NCBI GenBank assembly: GCA_964611205.1
Contig: CAZSZB010000003.1
Span: forward strand, 23,764-87,763
From: an uncultured Candidatus Saccharibacteria bacterium
GTDB taxonomy: Bacteria; Patescibacteriota; Minisyncoccia; Phycocordibacterales; UBA918
Length of the DNA stretch: 64,000 nucleotides
Direction: 5' to 3'
The notes beneath the pieces are model-generated. The model saw nothing but the letters and a program-made list of their open reading frames with translations. It was not told the DNA's origin and did not search any database. Positions within the stretch are counted from its first letter, which is position 1, and each line of letters opens with the position of its first letter. Position numbers and translations under genes: made by a program. This document shows, piece after piece, positions 60,335 through 64,000 of this stretch.

Positions 60335-62239
60335 CTAATACGTGAGGCCGAAATATCGAGGAAAAAGAACAGCACTACCATCACTTGTTTTTCCAGATGT
60401 AGAAATAGGTAGTTGGTTTATATGTGCCGGCCACGGCAAGGGAAGCGAGCCAGTAAAAGGTTTTTCACCAAAAAGTACATCAGCCACGCCGGCCCCCTCA
60501 CTGCCTGGCAACCACGCAACTACGACTGCATCCCAATCATCGATCTCATCAGTAATTATGAGAGGTCGTCCAGTCACCAGTACCACGATTACTATCTGAC
60601 TGGCTTTCTGAAGATTTTTAATAGTTGACAAGTCCTCCTCGCTTAACGACGGTTTTTCATTGTCGCCCCAACCTTCAGCGTAGGGTGATTCACCAACAAC
60701 AGCGATGCCGATATCGGCTCTTTGTGAACTGTTGGGGAATAGAGCGTGTTCTTCAAACTCAACCAGTGTACTTTCGCCAGCAGTCTCTTTAATGCCTTCT
60801 AGGATAGATGTGGAATTAGGTAGCCAATTACCATCTATACCCTGCCATTCAACCGTCCAGGCACCCACTTGTTTCCCAATGTTATCCGCAGCACTCCCAG
60901 AAACTCGAATGGTGGAGTTCTTCTTTATAGGGAGTACATTATTTTTATTTTTCAATAATACCAATGACTCTGCTACTGCTTCACGAGCTAACATTTTATT
61001 ATCTTCCGAACCAAGAACAGAAATATCAAGAATCTTACGAGTATCATCGAAAAGTCCTAATGTAAATTTTGCAGTCAAAATTCGTCGTACTGCATCGTCA
61101 ATTCTCTCTTTTGAAATATCACCTCTTTGTACCGCTAAGCGGACGTTTTTAACGAAGTTTTTATATTCAAAAGGTAGCATTACCATATCAACACCAGCAT
61201 TAATGGCTGTAACTGTGGCTTGGTAGTTACCACCAGGAATTTCATAAACGCCATACCAGTCAGATACGACAAAACCCTGGAAGCCGAGCTCTCCTTTAAG
61301 CACATCAGTAATAAGATAAGAGTCTGCTGCTAGCTTGGTATTGCCCCAACTATTAAGTCCCACCATAATACTCAAGGCGCCAACATCGACGGCTTTAGCA
61401 AAGGCCGGTAGGTAGATATTATGTAATTTCTGTTCATTTTTTGGTGTGACCCCCCGATCAATTTTAAAATCTTTATTACTTGATGTGTTCCAAAACATTG
61501 AGCCACCACCGATGTAGTGTTTTGGTGTAGCGAGAATTGATATGGTTGTTGGGTCAATTTTATTTTCTTGTAGCCCAGTAATATATGCGGCCCCAAGCTT
61601 ACTTACTAGGTCCGGGTCATTAGAAAAAGTTTCGTACACTCGACCCCACCGAATATCTTCTGGCATGTCATAAGTTGGAGAGAAGTTCCAGTTAACACCA
61701 GTGGCTAGAAGCTCATCTCTAGTTGCTTTTGCAATTGTGGTAACAAGTGTTTGGTTGCCACTAGCACCAAGTCCAATAAAATGAGGAAACACCGTTGCTC
61801 CGGGCACATTGCTGTGTCCGTGAATAGCATCAACTCCATACAAAATTGGTATCTCTAGTCTCGATGAGTAGGACTCTTTACTAAAGTTTTCTACCATTTG
61901 TTTCCAGCCAAGTGGAGTATTGTCTTTTGGTCTACCTCCAAATCCGCTTAAGATTCCCCCGAGGCCATACTGACTGACATCACTAAGTTTTTTGATACTA
62001 TTTTTTTCAACGAGTGCCATTTGCCCAATTTTTTCGTCTAGTGTCATGAGCGATAATAAATTATCAACACGCGTCGAGACAGAGAATGAGGTATCTAAAT
62101 ATAAAGGATTATCGGGTATTGAAGGTGAAGTTATTTGTCGCATAAACATAAAGAGGAAGATTGCACTACCAATAATCACTACTAGTACACCAGCCGAAAT
62201 ATATAGATATTTTTTAGATTTGAAATGTTTCAATATCAT
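60335..62239 (-). CDS. GH3 beta-glucosidase, membrane-anchored
   Basis: MTLDEKIGQM, DAIHG, RWGR..E, KHY, VVSDW, WLPGSEG. Confidence 0.95.
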   Translation of the reverse strand: MILKHFKSKKYLYISAGVLVVIIGSAIFLFMFMRQITSPSIPDNPLYLDTSFSVSTRVDNLLSLMTLDEKIGQMALVEKNSIKKLSDVSQYGLGGILSGFGGRPKDNTPLGWKQMVENFSKESYSSRLEIPILYGVDAIHGHSNVPGATVFPHFIGLGASGNQTLVTTIAKATRDELLATGVNWNFSPTYDMPEDIRWGRVYETFSNDPDLVSKLGAAYITGLQENKIDPTTISILATPKHYIGGGSMFWNTSSNKDFKIDRGVTPKNEQKLHNIYLPAFAKAVDVGALSIMVGLNSWGNTKLAADSYLITDVLKGELGFQGFVVSDWYGVYEIPGGNYQATVTAINAGVDMVMLPFEYKNFVKNVRLAVQRGDISKERIDDAVRRILTAKFTLGLFDDTRKILDISVLGSEDNKMLAREAVAESLVLLKNKNNVLPIKKNSTIRVSGSAADNIGKQVGAWTVEWQGIDGNWLPNSTSILEGIKETAGESTLVEFEEHALFPNSSQRADIGIAVVGESPYAEGWGDNEKPSLSEEDLSTIKNLQKASQIVIVVLVTGRPLIITDEIDDWDAVVVAWLPGSEGAGVADVLFGEKPFTGSLPLPWPAHINQLPISTSGKTSDGSAVLFPRYFGLTY

Positions 62240-62423
62240 TTATGTAGTATAACAATATTATGTCTAATTAATTAGGACCAAGATTAGACAAGGAACAATT
62301 ATTGTGGTGCCTATTATATGTACCATTGAGGTGTTATAATATAAATATAAGAGGGTGATACCTATCATCATCTGTTACTACTAAATCGTATCGCACTCTT
62401 AAGCGGTCGAAACAATAAAATAT

Positions 62424-62798
62424 ATGAATACAAAAAATGTATTATTAGCAATTCTCATAGTGTTCGTTTTTGCTGTTGGCTTTATGATGGGGCGTTTTAG
62501 TTCCGTTGGTAGCTCATACATGAGTGGCCCAGCATCAGCACCGGCCACCATAAACACAGATAGTGATAATGGTGACGCTACCACTGCTGAAGGTACGACA
62601 ATTCAAGCTTCGAGTTTGTCTGAGGGACAAATTAAATTACTCGGCGCTCTCGGTATTGATGCTGACTCAATTAATGTAACACCAGAGATGGTTGCTTGTG
62701 CGGAAGCCAGTTTAGGTTCAGCGCGAATAGAGGAGATTATTAATGGAGCCACTCCGTCTTTTTCGGAAGGCCTCAAGTTAGCTGGATGTTATAAATAA
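62424..62798 (+). CDS. membrane-anchored hypothetical protein
   Basis: 124 aa, N-terminal TM, two Cys. Confidence 0.7.
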   Translation: MNTKNVLLAILIVFVFAVGFMMGRFSSVGSSYMSGPASAPATINTDSDNGDATTAEGTTIQASSLSEGQIKLLGALGIDADSINVTPEMVACAEASLGSARIEEIINGATPSFSEGLKLAGCYK

Positions 62799-62812
62799 CT
62801 AAAAATAAATAT

Positions 62813-63061
62813 ATGGGTATATTACTATGGATAGTGTTTGGTGCATTAGTTGGTTGGGTGGGATCAATGATTATGGGTACCGATGAACAACAAGGTCTAA
62901 TTCTCAACATTGTAGTGGGTGTTATTGGAGCAAGTCTTGGTGGGTACATCATGAGCTTGTTTGGTGAAAGTGGTGTCAGTGGTTTCAACCTGTACAGCTT
63001 CGTGGTAGCAGTTGTCGGAGCTATAGTACTGCTGGCCATTTTGAAACTTATTCGGGGATAG
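62813..63061 (+). CDS. GlsB/YeaQ/YmgE family membrane protein
   Basis: WIVFGALVGW, NIVVGVIGA..GG, AVVGAIVLL. Confidence 0.92.
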   Translation: MGILLWIVFGALVGWVGSMIMGTDEQQGLILNIVVGVIGASLGGYIMSLFGESGVSGFNLYSFVVAVVGAIVLLAILKLIRG

Positions 63062-63140
63062 AATTGATTTGTTAGGTAAGAACAACCCAACCACTGAAGT
63101 AAAAAACAACACTCCTTAGAAAGGAGTGTTGTTTTTTCTA

Positions 63141-63338
63141 GGGAGACTACCGGGAAGGAATCGGTCACGAGTTACTAAGTTTTTTATTTCGTTTCATTCA
63201 TAAAAATCTAAGTACTCTCGACCCCGACTCGTCTGTCGCAAGCGACATGACTCCGTCTTTCGATTCCCGGACAGAAGCAAAGCAATTTGCTTCTTTAGCC
63301 GCTCCATACGCAAAAATCCCCACAAGGGGATTTTGCTT
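63141..63338 (-). repeat. tRNA-His-matched structured element
   Basis: Inverted tRNA 3' copy with inserted hairpin 63259-63306; degenerate sense copy 63141-63162. Confidence 0.75.
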
Positions 63339-63414
63339 TGGGGCGGCTACCGGGAATCGAACCCGAATTTTCGGTACCACAAACCGACGTAATAACCGTT
63401 ATACAATAGCCGCC
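63339..63414 (-). tRNA. tRNA-His(GUG)
   Basis: G-1, TCGGT-TTGTGGT-ACCGA, encoded CCA. Confidence 0.95.
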
Positions 63415-63540
63415 ATGAATTTTTCCTGCTCATCAGGGTGGTGATGAACGAGGTGGTGGCAATTGTGGCATAGCTTGTTTAAATATTCAATACTTAAAAG
63501 GTTTTGGTCTGATATTGTTTGTTATAATTAACATACACGT

Positions 63541-63633
63541 ATGGACAAAGAAGCAATGCAGGCTGCAATTTTCTTCATTTTTTTAGCCGGATCGGGGATC
63601 GGTTTTTATCTGGCTCATTTCTTTCTTGGCTAG
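63541..63633 (+). CDS. 30-aa single-TM small ORF
   Basis: MDKEAMQAAIFFIFLAGSGIGFYLAHFFLG after TGTTATAAT. Confidence 0.45.
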   Translation: MDKEAMQAAIFFIFLAGSGIGFYLAHFFLG

Positions 63634-63693
63634 GGTTGTTTGTGAAGACAGATATATCTATAATTAGTTTAGTTTATTAATAACTATTTTGTT

Positions 63694-64000
63694 ATGCGCG
63701 GATTTATAGATGAATTCAAGGCTTTCGCCATGAAGGGGAATGTAATCGATTTGGCAGTAGCGGTTGTTATTGGTGCAGCTTTTGGAAAAATTGTCTCCTC
63801 TTTAGTGGACAATATAATTACTCCTTTAATTGGTTTGATTTTGGGAGGTATCAATTTTTCTGGTTTAGGTTACACAGTTGGAGGGTCTGTTATTTCGTAC
63901 GGCATGTTTATTCAGGCAGTCATCGATTTCCTGATTGTGGCTCTGGTTATATTTGTAGTTGTGAAGGCAATTAATAAAGCACAGAGTTTAGGTCAGGAAG
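63694..64000 (+). CDS. mscL: large-conductance mechanosensitive channel (3'-truncated)
   Basis: Hand translation [32 protein letters not shown]. Confidence 0.96.
   Translation, partial: MRGFIDEFKAFAMKGNVIDLAVAVVIGAAFGKIVSSLVDNIITPLIGLILGGINFSGLGYTVGGSVISYGMFIQAVIDFLIVALVIFVVVKAINKAQSLGQE

Overview
Origin-proximal chromosome segment of a reduced, AT-rich bacterium; gene content and style point to Patescibacteria/CPR, probably Parcubacteria (inference). It holds a chromosomal T4SS-like/pilin cluster (1-9171), yidC-rnpA-rpmH, a bipartite oriC around dnaA-dnaN, housekeeping genes (PBP1A, tyrS, ruvABC, polA, murE, rpsT, rplS, pilB, pilM/N/O-like) and seven tRNAs. A ~12 kb island beside tRNA-Ser carries a ParB-methylase, HNH, a type II R-M pair, a serine recombinase and a 1097-aa helicase-nuclease. 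The most striking unexplained signal is a family of structured elements downstream of tRNA-Lys, -Ser, -Val, -His (and partly -Arg): a shared hairpin scaffold flanked by antisense and sense copies of the 3' end of the particular tRNA each one follows. Also seen: pervasive leaderless-type gene starts, small unannotated ORFs with strong Shine-Dalgarno sites, a 6S-like RNA candidate, a 40-bp palindromic operator candidate and an RNA-switch-like leader. All calls were made by eye; no searches were run.
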